A stretch of 64,000 nt of DNA. It comes from a bacterium. GTDB lineage: Bacteria > Omnitrophota > Gorgyraeia > Zapsychrales > Zapsychraceae. The number at the start of each line of letters is the position of its first letter. Position 1 is the stretch's first letter. Location of the stretch: contig JAUIER010000001.1 of the NCBI GenBank assembly GCA_030429765.1, positions 129,302 to 193,301 of the forward strand. The letters are read 5' to 3'. Position numbers and translations under genes: made by a program. The notes under the pieces were generated by a model. The model saw only the letters and a program-made list of their open reading frames with translations. It was not told the origin of the DNA and did not search any database. Positions 10,879-20,900 of the stretch are shown one piece after another.

Positions 10879-10933
10879 CAAAGACAGTCGATATTTGCTT
10901 TGTCAGGGCCTTGGATTAACGGTACAATTAATT

Positions 10934-11338
10934 ATGCAAAAAGGTTTCACGCTTCTTGAACTGATCATTGTGATCATCATCGTCGGTGTGTTGGCGTCGC
11001 TGGCCTTGCCACGGTTCTTCAGTATGGTGGAATTCGCCCGATCAGCCGAGGCCATGTCATCATTGATGACCGTACGGCAGTCGATACTTCGCTGCGGTCA
11101 ATATAACAATAACTATATGGGCTGCGATACCTTCGCCGATATCGATATTGATGATCCGGGCTCTGAGCCGGGCGCGCATTTTTCCTATGCCTGGACGGTT
11201 ACCAGCGCCGACGCCTTCACCGTAACCGCTACTCGTAATACCATCAACGGCGGCTCCGCGGGAGACACCGTTGTCGTGTCTGTCGCCCCGGCCGGCATCA
11301 GCCGCTCGGGCACTTCCGCCTTTGCCGGAATCAAGTAA
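10934..11338 (+). CDS. Type IV pilin-like protein (class III signal peptide)
   Basis: MQKG/FTLLELIIVIIIVGVLA with Glu5; the real start is ATG 10934, not 10664. Confidence 0.9.
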   Translation: MQKGFTLLELIIVIIIVGVLASLALPRFFSMVEFARSAEAMSSLMTVRQSILRCGQYNNNYMGCDTFADIDIDDPGSEPGAHFSYAWTVTSADAFTVTATRNTINGGSAGDTVVVSVAPAGISRSGTSAFAGIK

Positions 11339-11433
11339 AATTCCCTCACGAACCTACCCAGCCGTCCTCGCATTTATCTTTATCGACCGGGATGATATAA
11401 TACTTTATATTTAATCTACGGAGAATTGAACAT

Positions 11434-11766
11434 ATGGACGACAAACGACTGAAACTATTGTCTCAGGTGCGGATGAAGATCGCGCTGTGCAGCGCGCTGT
11501 TTTTGTTTATTTCGATCTCCATTTGTACCCGAAAGCTGCTGGGATGGTCGGTATTCGGGGAGGCCTTTGAATTTATTTTTTTCTGTCTGGGATTTGTGAC
11601 ATGTATGGCGGCCTATCAAAAATGTGAAGATGTGATGGACAGCGAATACAAGCAGATACGGACCGGGATTATGCAATGGTATTTTATCGTATCGATGACC
11701 ATGTTTGCGGCCTTCGCGGCGCTGGAGTTATTGTTATTATTGAAATCTCTAAAAGAGCCGTTTTAG
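11434..11766 (+). CDS. Small membrane protein (3 TM)
   Basis: Hydrophobic helices; SD GGAG. Confidence 0.6.
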   Translation: MDDKRLKLLSQVRMKIALCSALFLFISISICTRKLLGWSVFGEAFEFIFFCLGFVTCMAAYQKCEDVMDSEYKQIRTGIMQWYFIVSMTMFAAFAALELLLLLKSLKEPF

Positions 11767-11772
11767 TCAAAA

Positions 11773-12102
11773 ATGAAGATGCATAAATGTCCCAGTTGTG
11801 GAGAGGATGGAATTACAGCGGATGGATTTCTGAATTCTTCTCGAGAACATGAAGCCCAGTGTACTAGCTGCGGAATTTATTACTTCTCAGAAGTTCAAGT
11901 GACTTGGGCCGAAGGCACTTTTCTGATTTTTGATTTCATATTCATAGGCGGCGGGCTCATTACCTTGATTTTGGCTTTTGTATATCCTATATTCGGGATT
12001 CTACTTGTTACATTAATTATAGTTCGACTAGTTTATGCGTATTTGATAGAGCGTAGGGGGAAGATTCGTAGAATCCTTATTCGAGGAAAGGATTATATGT
12101 GA
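11773..12102 (+). CDS. Zn-ribbon (CxxC...CxxC) membrane protein
   Basis: CPSC and CTSC followed by two TM helices. Confidence 0.6.
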   Translation: MKMHKCPSCGEDGITADGFLNSSREHEAQCTSCGIYYFSEVQVTWAEGTFLIFDFIFIGGGLITLILAFVYPIFGILLVTLIIVRLVYAYLIERRGKIRRILIRGKDYM

Positions 12103-12127
12103 TGGATACGTTAGAGAGTAAGACGGA

Positions 12128-12310
12128 CTATCGATACTTACTCTTATAATAATAATACCCCGACATCACGAGGCAGTGGGCGGCATATAGGTAGAGCATG
12201 ATCTTCCAATGGCGTCCTCTGGAGATCAGGGCCACGAGAATGGCCACACAAATAAATCCAATAAGCACATTGCGTTCACGCTGAAGGATTTTGTTGAATT
12301 TGAGTTTCAT
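12128..12310 (-). CDS. Small membrane protein
   Basis: Two TM helices; likely start ATG 12310, preceded by an extended -10 TGcTAGAAT. Confidence 0.45.
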   Translation of the reverse strand: MKLKFNKILQRERNVLIGFICVAILVALISRGRHWKIMLYLYAAHCLVMSGYYYYKSKYR

Positions 12311-12337
12311 ACATAAACATTCTAGCACACAGAGAAT

Positions 12338-12721
12338 ATGAATCGAATCGTTAAAAGATGGGCCGGAATTTATTTTCTGTTTCAGGGGATATCCGGTCTA
12401 GTTTGGTGGAGTGTACTGTTGATCGTGCCGGAAAGTCGGTCTGTATTTTTTCCGGTTATCCCCGAGATTGCATTATTGGGGTTTTGGCTGGCCGACTTTG
12501 TGTTTTTTATTTTGGGATCATTGTTGTTGGGTTTTACTCTGATAGCAGGATTTTCGATGAATCGGCTTTTGTTTGGTGCTGTCGCAGGCGGGATTGTTTA
12601 TGCCGGACTTTATTGTTTGGGGTTGAGTATTCTGTCAATGTCCGGGTGGATGTGGACTATACTAATGATCGGTGCATCTGCTATAACGATTTATTTGGTT
12701 TGGGTGTGCGTAAATGAATAG
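12338..12721 (+). CDS. Membrane protein (4 TM), coupled to the downstream methyltransferase
   Basis: Hydrophobic; its end overlaps the next start. Confidence 0.65.
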   Translation: MNRIVKRWAGIYFLFQGISGLVWWSVLLIVPESRSVFFPVIPEIALLGFWLADFVFFILGSLLLGFTLIAGFSMNRLLFGAVAGGIVYAGLYCLGLSILSMSGWMWTILMIGASAITIYLVWVCVNE

Positions 12722-13262
12722 ATTTTTGAATCAATTCAAAGTTTCACGCTCTGATCGCACCAGTTGGAATGTCATGAAGACCATGCTGCAAACTTCAGTG
12801 TTTTGGAGCATTTTTTTGTGGATTCTACCCGTCGGGATTCAACATATAGAATCTGGGATGGGGCTTAATCCGTTTGAGTTTGCAGGGCAGAAGCACGTGG
12901 CTGTTGTGATTTTTGTTTGCGCCAGCGTTTTAGGTCTCGCGAGTGGGCTGACCATGTCGGCCAGAGGCGTCGGGACACCTTTGCCGTTAGATTGTCCTCA
13001 AAAATTAGTCGTGACTGGACCCTACCGATATGTACGCAATCCAATGGCCATTGCCGGCCTGTCTCAGGGATTTGCTGTTGGTCTGGGCTTGGGATCAATA
13101 GGTGTGATCCTTTATGTCGTGATTGGCATGTTTGTTTGGAATCAGTGGGTCCGACCGATTGAGGAATTGGACCTGTTAAACAGGTTTCAGCAGGCTTACA
13201 CCGAATATTGCGGACAGGTCCGATGCTGGATTCCAAATTTCGATGGATATCAGCCAAAATAG
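12714..13262 (+). CDS. Isoprenylcysteine carboxylmethyltransferase/PEMT-family membrane methyltransferase
   Basis: GxGTPLP...LVVTGPYRYVRNPM...EE..L..RF...Y..Y...V..WIP. Confidence 0.85.
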   Translation: MNRFLNQFKVSRSDRTSWNVMKTMLQTSVFWSIFLWILPVGIQHIESGMGLNPFEFAGQKHVAVVIFVCASVLGLASGLTMSARGVGTPLPLDCPQKLVVTGPYRYVRNPMAIAGLSQGFAVGLGLGSIGVILYVVIGMFVWNQWVRPIEELDLLNRFQQAYTEYCGQVRCWIPNFDGYQPK

Positions 13263-13357
13263 TCACGGCTCAGGTTGTCGGTTTCCATCTTGAGGTCTGT
13301 CGGCTCAAGGGGTAAAATGAAGCCAATAGTTGAGATTGATCCGTAAATAAACGAAAG

Positions 13358-16096
13358 GTGGGGATGGAATTTTATCCGTTAATTTGGATGGCCAGTTTGA
13401 TCGGGTCAGCCGTGATCTGCAGTCAAAAGGGTGTCAGTCGATGGTATATCTTCTGGACGCTGTTTTTGGGGCCACTGGGATTGTTGATCACCTGGCTGGC
13501 CACGCCAAGTACCGGGCCCCGGGAGTCGCAGCAGATCATTGATCTCAAGGAAGAGATTACACATCTCAAGCTGAATGTGGCCGATCTACAACGTCGGATG
13601 CGTGAGGTGGAGTCCTCTAAAGCTCCGGTGCAGCCGGCCCCACCAATAGAGGCGGATGTCCCCTCCGAACCGGTCACCGAAGCGAAGGGATCAGAACCCG
13701 AGGCGCGGCCGGTTGAGATTGATGAAACTCCCTCGGAACCTGAAGTGGTTCTTCCGCCATCAGATTTTGACAGTCTAGTTGAATCCTCACCACTGCGTTC
13801 CAAACCTCAATGTTCGCCAAGCGCCATGCAGGCCGCTACTCAAAAGGTTACGCAATCACGCGAGCCGTCCAAGGCGGAAATCAATTTCGGTCAGTTTTGG
13901 CTGAACAAGATCGGGATTGTCATCTTCACGCTGGGGATCGGATTTTTTATCAGCTATTCATTTAAATATTTTCCGCCGATCGTTAAAAACGCGTTTGGTT
14001 ACGCGATTGCCGGCGGCTTGTTTTATCTCGGTCGTCGTTTTGAAAAAGACCGGCAGATGCGCCATTACGGGTTGGCCTTGATGGGCGCCGGCTGGGCGCT
14101 GACCTATTTTGTCACGTACGCCCTGCATCACTTTGACGCGTCGCGTGTGATTGACAATCAAATCGTCGACATGTGTCTGCTGTTCGTGGTGGCGGCGGGG
14201 ATGATGTGGCATTCGATGAAGGTCAAGTCCGAGACGATGATGATGGTCAGTCTGGGTACGGCCTATGTCACATCGCTGGTCGGGACGGTGACGGCTTTTA
14301 CCTTTGTCAGCTCGATGATTTTGGGATGTGTCGCGGTGTTTTTACTCTATCGGTTTCAGTGGGTCAAGACGTTGTTCCTGGGCATCGGTATGACATACGG
14401 GATCCATCAGTTTTTTATTGCGCCGTCGTGGGGGATTTTTGATGCTTTGATAGATCACGGTTCACGGCCGGAACCCCGATTAAACCTGATGTTTCTGTCG
14501 GCCTATTGGGCGCTGTTTTTTATAGGAACGCATGTGGTGCGCGGGACGGATGATTGGCAAAAAAATTGTGTATCGGCCGCAAACTTTATGAACTTCACAT
14601 TATTCTTTGTGATGAGCGGTGGGCTGTTTCAGACGTATTATCCGGACTATCGTGTGATCACGTTGGTCCTGATGGCCGTCGTCTATGCCGCGGCCGGAGT
14701 ATACGGACGGGTTCGCGGGCAGCGGATTTTGTACGCCGGTGACTGCGTCGTGGCCGTGTTCGCGTTGACCCTGGCGACGTCCATTCAATACTTGCCGCAG
14801 ACCAGTCTGATGATCGCTTTGATTCAAACGCCGTTCCTGTATTTTATGGGAACGCGGTTTAAGGACCGTGTCCTCAAATATCTCAGTTTCGGATTGAGCG
14901 GATACGCGTTGATCCGATTTGTGATCGCGCTCACGGATGTCCTGCGGCCGTACCATGCCTATGGAGCGGAGCCAGTTTATGAGTGGACGGCGTTGGTGGG
15001 CACACTGGCGATGGGGGCCTGTTTTTGGTTGGCTCGACCCGCATCGACCGAGCGGACCGACACACTCCTGGACATCAAAGATGCCTTTGTTGTCCTGACA
15101 TCATTTTATCTCAACGCGTTTCTTTGGCTGAAATTTGACGGACCATGGCTGCCTTTGGTTGTTTTCCTAGAGGTCCCGTTGATGATATGGGCGGCCCGCC
15201 GAATCCGTGAGGATATGTTACACATCGTCGCGCAGGTCTTGACCTGGTTGGCCGTGTGTTTGCTGTTCATTGATTTTCCGACGAGTAACAAGACGGTTGG
15301 AGTTGGATTTTTGGGGCTATCCTGGACGAACGTGGAGTGGACATTCCTTTTAGGGAGCGTTTGTTTGTGGATCAGTTGGGCGTTGAGTCGGTATACGCGT
15401 GTGTCGGATCAAGAGGACGTGATCGGCGGATTGACGGAGCAGGCGTACTCCGCGTTGGCCGCCTTTTTAATGACGTGTTGGGTTTTGTCAGTATTCGAGC
15501 GACACTGGATGACCGTTGCTTTGACGGTGGAAGCCCTGGCCCTGTTTGGATTATCCCGCGGGTTCAATCTCAAACGGTTACGGATTTACGCGTATATTGT
15601 TTTGGGAATTGTGCTTGCTCGGTTTATTGGTGTGGATCGGTACGCATCGCTGGGCGGCGGACAATGGCTGATGATCGCTTTCGAATTAGTGAGTGTTTTT
15701 GGGCTGTACGTTGTCTCCACTCTCGAACGGGAAGACAGCGCGAATGATGAGACCATTGAAGTTGAATCCGGCGGAATATTTTTCGGGTTTATCCTCATGA
15801 CGCTGTGGAGTATTTTCAAATATGCCGCATGGGGGTGGCGGTCGCTGTGTCTCGGGGTGGGAGGGGTATTGCTGATCCTCTTTGGACTGGTCCGGCAGGA
15901 CAAGGTGTCGCGAATCGGCGGTTTTGGACTGTTGGCGTTGTCATTAGTCAGGATCATTCTCGTCGATCTGGCCCGCCTGCCGACGATTTTTAAGATCATC
16001 AGTTTTATTATCATCGGAGGTCTTTTGCTGGGCTTGTCTTTCATGTATAATAAAAGCTTTTCCGGAGACAAATCTGATTCTCCATCCGATTCCTGA
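13358..16096 (+). CDS. DUF2339-like large polytopic membrane protein
   Basis: Coiled coil and Pro/Glu linker, then E..FG..WLNKIG, many TM helices, and C-terminal DLARL...RI-type SF..G.LLL..S..Y ending. Confidence 0.75.
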   Translation: MGMEFYPLIWMASLIGSAVICSQKGVSRWYIFWTLFLGPLGLLITWLATPSTGPRESQQIIDLKEEITHLKLNVADLQRRMREVESSKAPVQPAPPIEADVPSEPVTEAKGSEPEARPVEIDETPSEPEVVLPPSDFDSLVESSPLRSKPQCSPSAMQAATQKVTQSREPSKAEINFGQFWLNKIGIVIFTLGIGFFISYSFKYFPPIVKNAFGYAIAGGLFYLGRRFEKDRQMRHYGLALMGAGWALTYFVTYALHHFDASRVIDNQIVDMCLLFVVAAGMMWHSMKVKSETMMMVSLGTAYVTSLVGTVTAFTFVSSMILGCVAVFLLYRFQWVKTLFLGIGMTYGIHQFFIAPSWGIFDALIDHGSRPEPRLNLMFLSAYWALFFIGTHVVRGTDDWQKNCVSAANFMNFTLFFVMSGGLFQTYYPDYRVITLVLMAVVYAAAGVYGRVRGQRILYAGDCVVAVFALTLATSIQYLPQTSLMIALIQTPFLYFMGTRFKDRVLKYLSFGLSGYALIRFVIALTDVLRPYHAYGAEPVYEWTALVGTLAMGACFWLARPASTERTDTLLDIKDAFVVLTSFYLNAFLWLKFDGPWLPLVVFLEVPLMIWAARRIREDMLHIVAQVLTWLAVCLLFIDFPTSNKTVGVGFLGLSWTNVEWTFLLGSVCLWISWALSRYTRVSDQEDVIGGLTEQAYSALAAFLMTCWVLSVFERHWMTVALTVEALALFGLSRGFNLKRLRIYAYIVLGIVLARFIGVDRYASLGGGQWLMIAFELVSVFGLYVVSTLEREDSANDETIEVESGGIFFGFILMTLWSIFKYAAWGWRSLCLGVGGVLLILFGLVRQDKVSRIGGFGLLALSLVRIILVDLARLPTIFKIISFIIIGGLLLGLSFMYNKSFSGDKSDSPSDS

Positions 16097-16102
16097 TTGT
16101 TT

Positions 16103-16843
16103 ATGCCGATTTATATCATTACAATTTGCCTTCAAGTGGCCTGCGCCGTGCACTGTATCAAGACACAGCGGAATTTCATGTGGTTGTGGCTGATCCTGCT
16201 GTTTCCCATCGTCGGCGTGCTGGTGTATTTGATTGTCGAGGTTGTCCCCGAGGTGCAGGGAGAGGCGGCCCGTATTCCCAAGAAAAAAATCCCGCGAAAT
16301 CCCGAGAAGCACATTCAAATGCTCAAGGATCAGATTGAGTTCAGTGATAGTATCGAGAACCGAGTTAATCTGGCCGAGGCGTACATGTCGCTCAAACGCT
16401 ATCCCGAAGCGATCGGTGTGTATCAGGAATGTCTAAAAGGTATGTACAGCGATGATTTCTATCTGCTGTTGGGATTGGCCTACGCCTATTTTAAAAACAA
16501 GGACTATGAACAGACGATTATGACGCTGGAAACCATTGAGGCGCAGGATACGTCCGAGAAGCTCAGGGAACGAAAGCTCCTCGAAGCGCAGAGCTATGAA
16601 CAATTGCAGAAGTATGATCAGGCCTTGAGCCTGTATCAGAGCATTATCAATTCTATTGGTGAGGAAGCGCGCTGTCGCTGCGCGTTGCTGCTATGGAAAA
16701 TGGAGCGCAAAGAAGAGGCGGCCAAACTGTTTAAGGAAATTCAGGTCAATGCCAAACACTCGGACGCTAAATACCGACGGGAACAGAAGGCCTGGATCGA
16801 TGCCGCCCGAAAAATGCTCGATCAAATGAATAAAACATCGTGA
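16103..16843 (+). CDS. Membrane-anchored TPR protein
   Basis: Two N-terminal TM helices (HCIK...WLWLILLFP..G...Y) followed by TPR-like helices. Confidence 0.75.
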   Translation: MPIYIITICLQVACAVHCIKTQRNFMWLWLILLFPIVGVLVYLIVEVVPEVQGEAARIPKKKIPRNPEKHIQMLKDQIEFSDSIENRVNLAEAYMSLKRYPEAIGVYQECLKGMYSDDFYLLLGLAYAYFKNKDYEQTIMTLETIEAQDTSEKLRERKLLEAQSYEQLQKYDQALSLYQSIINSIGEEARCRCALLLWKMERKEEAAKLFKEIQVNAKHSDAKYRREQKAWIDAARKMLDQMNKTS

Positions 16844-16876
16844 TCGATTTTAAAGAACTACAAAGGAGTCAGGATT

Positions 16877-17716
16877 ATGGATTTAGAAGCAACCCTTAAG
16901 TCATTGGATATTAACACGATTATCGCCGTGGGCGGACCGATCTTGTTCAATCTGGTTTATGCGATCGTTATATTCGTCGTCGGAAAATGGTTGGCCAAGA
17001 GTCTGGCTAATGTCACGCATAAATTGATGAACCGCGCCAAGGTGGATGTGGCGTTGATTGGTTTTGTGACGGCGATTGTCCGCACGGGGATTACGGTTTT
17101 CGCGATTGTCGCGGCGATTGAAAAATTGGGAATTAAAACAACGGGATTTTTGGCGATCCTGGGGGCGGCCGGTTTGGCGATCGGAATGGCGTTACAGGGA
17201 ACCCTCTCTAATTTTGCGGCCGGTGTGATGTTGATTCTCTTTAAACCGTTTAGTGTCGGTGATTTTATTGAAGGTGGCGGCGTAACCGGGACTGTCAAGG
17301 AGATCCAGATCTTCAATACCGTGTTGAACACGGGAGATAACCGCAAGATCATCGTTCCCAATTCAAAAATTGGAGGTGATACCATTACCAATTATTCGGC
17401 GATCAGCCGACGCCGAGTGGATCTGGTTATCGGGGTCAGCTACGATGACGATCTCAAGCAGGCCAAATCCATCCTGATGAATATCCTGACCTCGGATGAA
17501 CGTGTTCTCAAAGATCCGGCCCCGGTGGTGGCCATCTCTGAGCTGGGTGACAGCAGTGTCAACATCATCGTCCGTCCTTGGGTGAAGCCTTCGGATTACT
17601 GGGCGGTCTACTGGGATACCTTGGAGAAGTCCAAATTTGAGCTCGAGGCGGCCGGATTATCGATTCCATATCCGCAACGGGATATCCATATGATTCCAGC
17701 GGAATCAAATGCCTAA
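16877..17716 (+). CDS. mscS: Small-conductance mechanosensitive channel
   Basis: GAAGLAIGMALQGTLSNFAAG, KPFSVGD, IVPNS, RRVDL..GVSY, IPYPQRD. Confidence 0.92.
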   Translation: MDLEATLKSLDINTIIAVGGPILFNLVYAIVIFVVGKWLAKSLANVTHKLMNRAKVDVALIGFVTAIVRTGITVFAIVAAIEKLGIKTTGFLAILGAAGLAIGMALQGTLSNFAAGVMLILFKPFSVGDFIEGGGVTGTVKEIQIFNTVLNTGDNRKIIVPNSKIGGDTITNYSAISRRRVDLVIGVSYDDDLKQAKSILMNILTSDERVLKDPAPVVAISELGDSSVNIIVRPWVKPSDYWAVYWDTLEKSKFELEAAGLSIPYPQRDIHMIPAESNA

Positions 17717-17749
17717 AAACGCGGATTCCGGGGGTGAAAGAATTTGTGC

Positions 17750-17778
17750 TTGGCGGGTGCGAATCTGTATGGTATCCT
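17750..17778 (+). promoter_or_regulatory. Sigma70 promoter of large protein B
   Basis: TTGGCG-17 nt-TATCCT with extended -10 TG. Confidence 0.5.
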
Positions 17779-17903
17779 TATATATACGTTAAAAACGTGT
17801 TTTTCACACCATATTCCCCAATCCCGCAGTGAAACGTCTGTCTTTAGTTTCTCAAACATAGAATTGTATCTTAAGTATAAAGCTTACAGGTGAGGGATTA
17901 TCT

Positions 17904-20900
17904 ATGGACAGGAAACAAGGATTTATTTCGGGGCTGGAACGGCTGATCGGCATCACATTGTCGGTGATATTTTTGATGACATCTGTCGCTGTTCCGGTAA
18001 CGTCTGGTCATGATCATGAACTTCCCAAACTGGGAACACTTGTCAATCCAACGCCCGCGCATCGTCCGATGCTGTTTCAGGGAATTGAGATCCATCCCAA
18101 CAATCCACTCAAAATAAGTTTTCTATTCGATCCCGGTGAAGAACGGGATTCATCTAATTTTAAAGATCAGGCTGACCGGTTGATCCGGTACTTCCTTGCG
18201 GCGTTGACCGTTCCCAAGTCTGAAATGTGGGTCAATCTTTCGCCATTTGAACAGAACCGGATCATGAGCGAGAATCTCGGTGCCACGGCCATGGGACAGG
18301 ACCTGCTGGCGCAGGATTACCTGCTCAAACAACTCACGTCATCATTACTCCATCCGGATTCTGAATATGGACGTAAGTTTTGGTCCAAAGTTCACGCATT
18401 GGTCTATGAAAAATATGGATCCGTGGACATGCCCGTCGACACCTACAACAAGGTATGGATTGTCCCGGAATCGGCCGACGTGGTCGAACACGAGACCGGG
18501 GCCCGTATCCGCGACGGACAACTGAACGTGATGTTGGAGCGGGATTACATTGCGATGACACGCGGACAAACGACTGTTTCAAATGTGACCGAGGAGCAGC
18601 TGGAGTCGGGACATAACATTCAGCAGGAAGCCCTGCGTGAGATCATCATTCCGGCTATTAAACGCGAGGTCAATGAAGGGCAGACCTTCGCGCCGCTGCG
18701 GCAAATGTTTCATGCGATGATCCTGGCGACGTGGTACAAACGATCATTGTCCCGGAGTTTGTTGGGACAGCAATACGCGGACCAAAACAGAGTGGCTGAT
18801 TTGTCCAGCGGTACGTCCAATCAAACCCGGCAGATCTACGAGCAATATGTCGCGTCCTACCGTCGCGGGGTGTACAACTTTGTGCGTGAGGACTATCACA
18901 CGTCAACCGATTCGACCGTCACACGTCAGTACTTTTCCGGCGGCATTTCCACGGATAAACTTGAGCTAAAGGTCGCCGCGGATCGGCAGCGTTATGTCGA
19001 GACCGATCTGGCGATGGTGAGTGTATATCTGAACGATGGATCACCGTTCAGTCAGGCCATGCTGTCCCGTGAAGATCGACTGGCTGAGTCATTACGGCTC
19101 CGGCACGAATCGATGGGTGAGCTCAAAGAGGCCTTTGGTCGTTTTTTCCCGCATATTGACTTTGGTTCAATGGGAATTTTTCAGGGATTTGTGGAATCAT
19201 TTTTTATCCCTTGGTCGGAAGGATATCGTCAGGCTGAACGTCAGATTCGGGACAGCCTGGTCGCGCCCTATCTCTCCCAGATCGAGGCAATGGGAGAGGT
19301 CAGTTCGGCCATGGCCTTTATGAACCCGATGTGGGGGATGCAGCAACAGATCTGGCGGCCGATCACCGAGCAGGCCCGCAAGATGCGTAAGACGATTGAC
19401 TACGTCAAGTCCATCGAAAACGAGACGCCGGAGTCATTCTCGCCGGGGACAACGATCTTGAGGGTGCCGGGACTTTTCTATCTAACAAAGATCGAATCCC
19501 TGGAAGGGCAGACGGTTAATCCCGATTTACCGCCCGCGCTGATCATCACACCGCATTCCGGTCATGACGGTCGGTCATTGGCCGATTACACCAATAAGGA
19601 CCGGACCGGTTCCAACAGTCTGGCCCAGACATTCAAAAATAGAGGGTATGAAACGTATATTCTGGTGTGGGAAAGTTCACGTGAGCTGCTCGACATTGGA
19701 GACTTACAGGAAGCTGTGCATCTGAGCGTCCGGACGATCGGTCAGAAGGTTGTGATTGGCGGATTATGCCACGGAGGGGCCGTCGGCGCCCATTATATGG
19801 GTGTGATGCCGGACAATGTGGCGGGATTGATCCTCGCCGGGGCGCCGGTCAATACGCATGTCGGGGACAACGATGTCACACAGGCCGCGCAGATGGATAT
19901 GTCGATATACAACTGGTTGCAGTTTGGTCATGGCGTGCCGGATGTGTATCCCGGCCTGGCGCAATTGCATGCCTTTAAGCATCTGGGCTTCAACGGCGGA
20001 TATGATAAACGCGTGACGGCGTGGAAGCGCTTGGTGGAAAATATCGATGACATTGATTATGTGGAGCGTGACCGGATTTTCCGCATCTGGTTTGAAAATG
20101 TCAACAATATCGGTTATTTCGTTGACTGGATTGACCAGGTCTTTAAACGCAATCGATTTGTCTTTGGAGATTTAACATTCCGTTTGGGGCAGAAAAAGTT
20201 TCGTTCGAGTCCGGCTAATTTCCGGCCGGATGTCCCGATCGCCACGATCGAAGGGGCCGCGGATGATATCACGCCGCCGCCGACGATCACCATTGACGAA
20301 ATGGCTGAAGTGTCCGATGATCCGCAAGGTCTTTGGGCGTTTCTGACGCATGGTATTGTCAGCCGCGAACGTCTGGGGGATCAGGAACTCGATGGACAAC
20401 CGCTATTTGATTATCTGTCCGACAATGGATATATCGATATCCGCCAGACCGGTGATGTTAATTACGGCTATGTGAACCAGTCCCGGCTGGTGCCGGCGCT
20501 CAATGAGTACGCGAAAAAGCTCAATGCCTTTCGGTTTGCCGTCGGTGATTTTCAAGACCGGGATGATACGGCCGAGTCAGTTCTGCCGAAGATTCAGCTT
20601 TTAATTGACGCGGTCGCGGCACAATCCGGCCTTCCGGAATTCAGCGCCACACACTATGCCGAGGCACTGCGTTGGCTCAACGCGGATATTTCCTTGTATG
20701 GAGTGCTGGATCGAGATGAGCTGCGGAATTTGGACGGGCAACTGGTTGAGGCTATCGAGTCTGAATTATCCGCGCCGTTGGACCAATTGGATAACGAGCA
20801 GTTGACGGCGTTGAATCAGACTTTCGAGGGTATCAAACTCAAACGGCTGATCGCGATGCAGGTGTTTCCCGAGGCGGCTCCGGATACCGTTCGCCGCGCG

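Noticed and set aside
10664-10933. 90-aa N-terminal extension of the pilin
   Set aside because: Overlaps the GH16 gene; the class III signal and promoter point to ATG 10934
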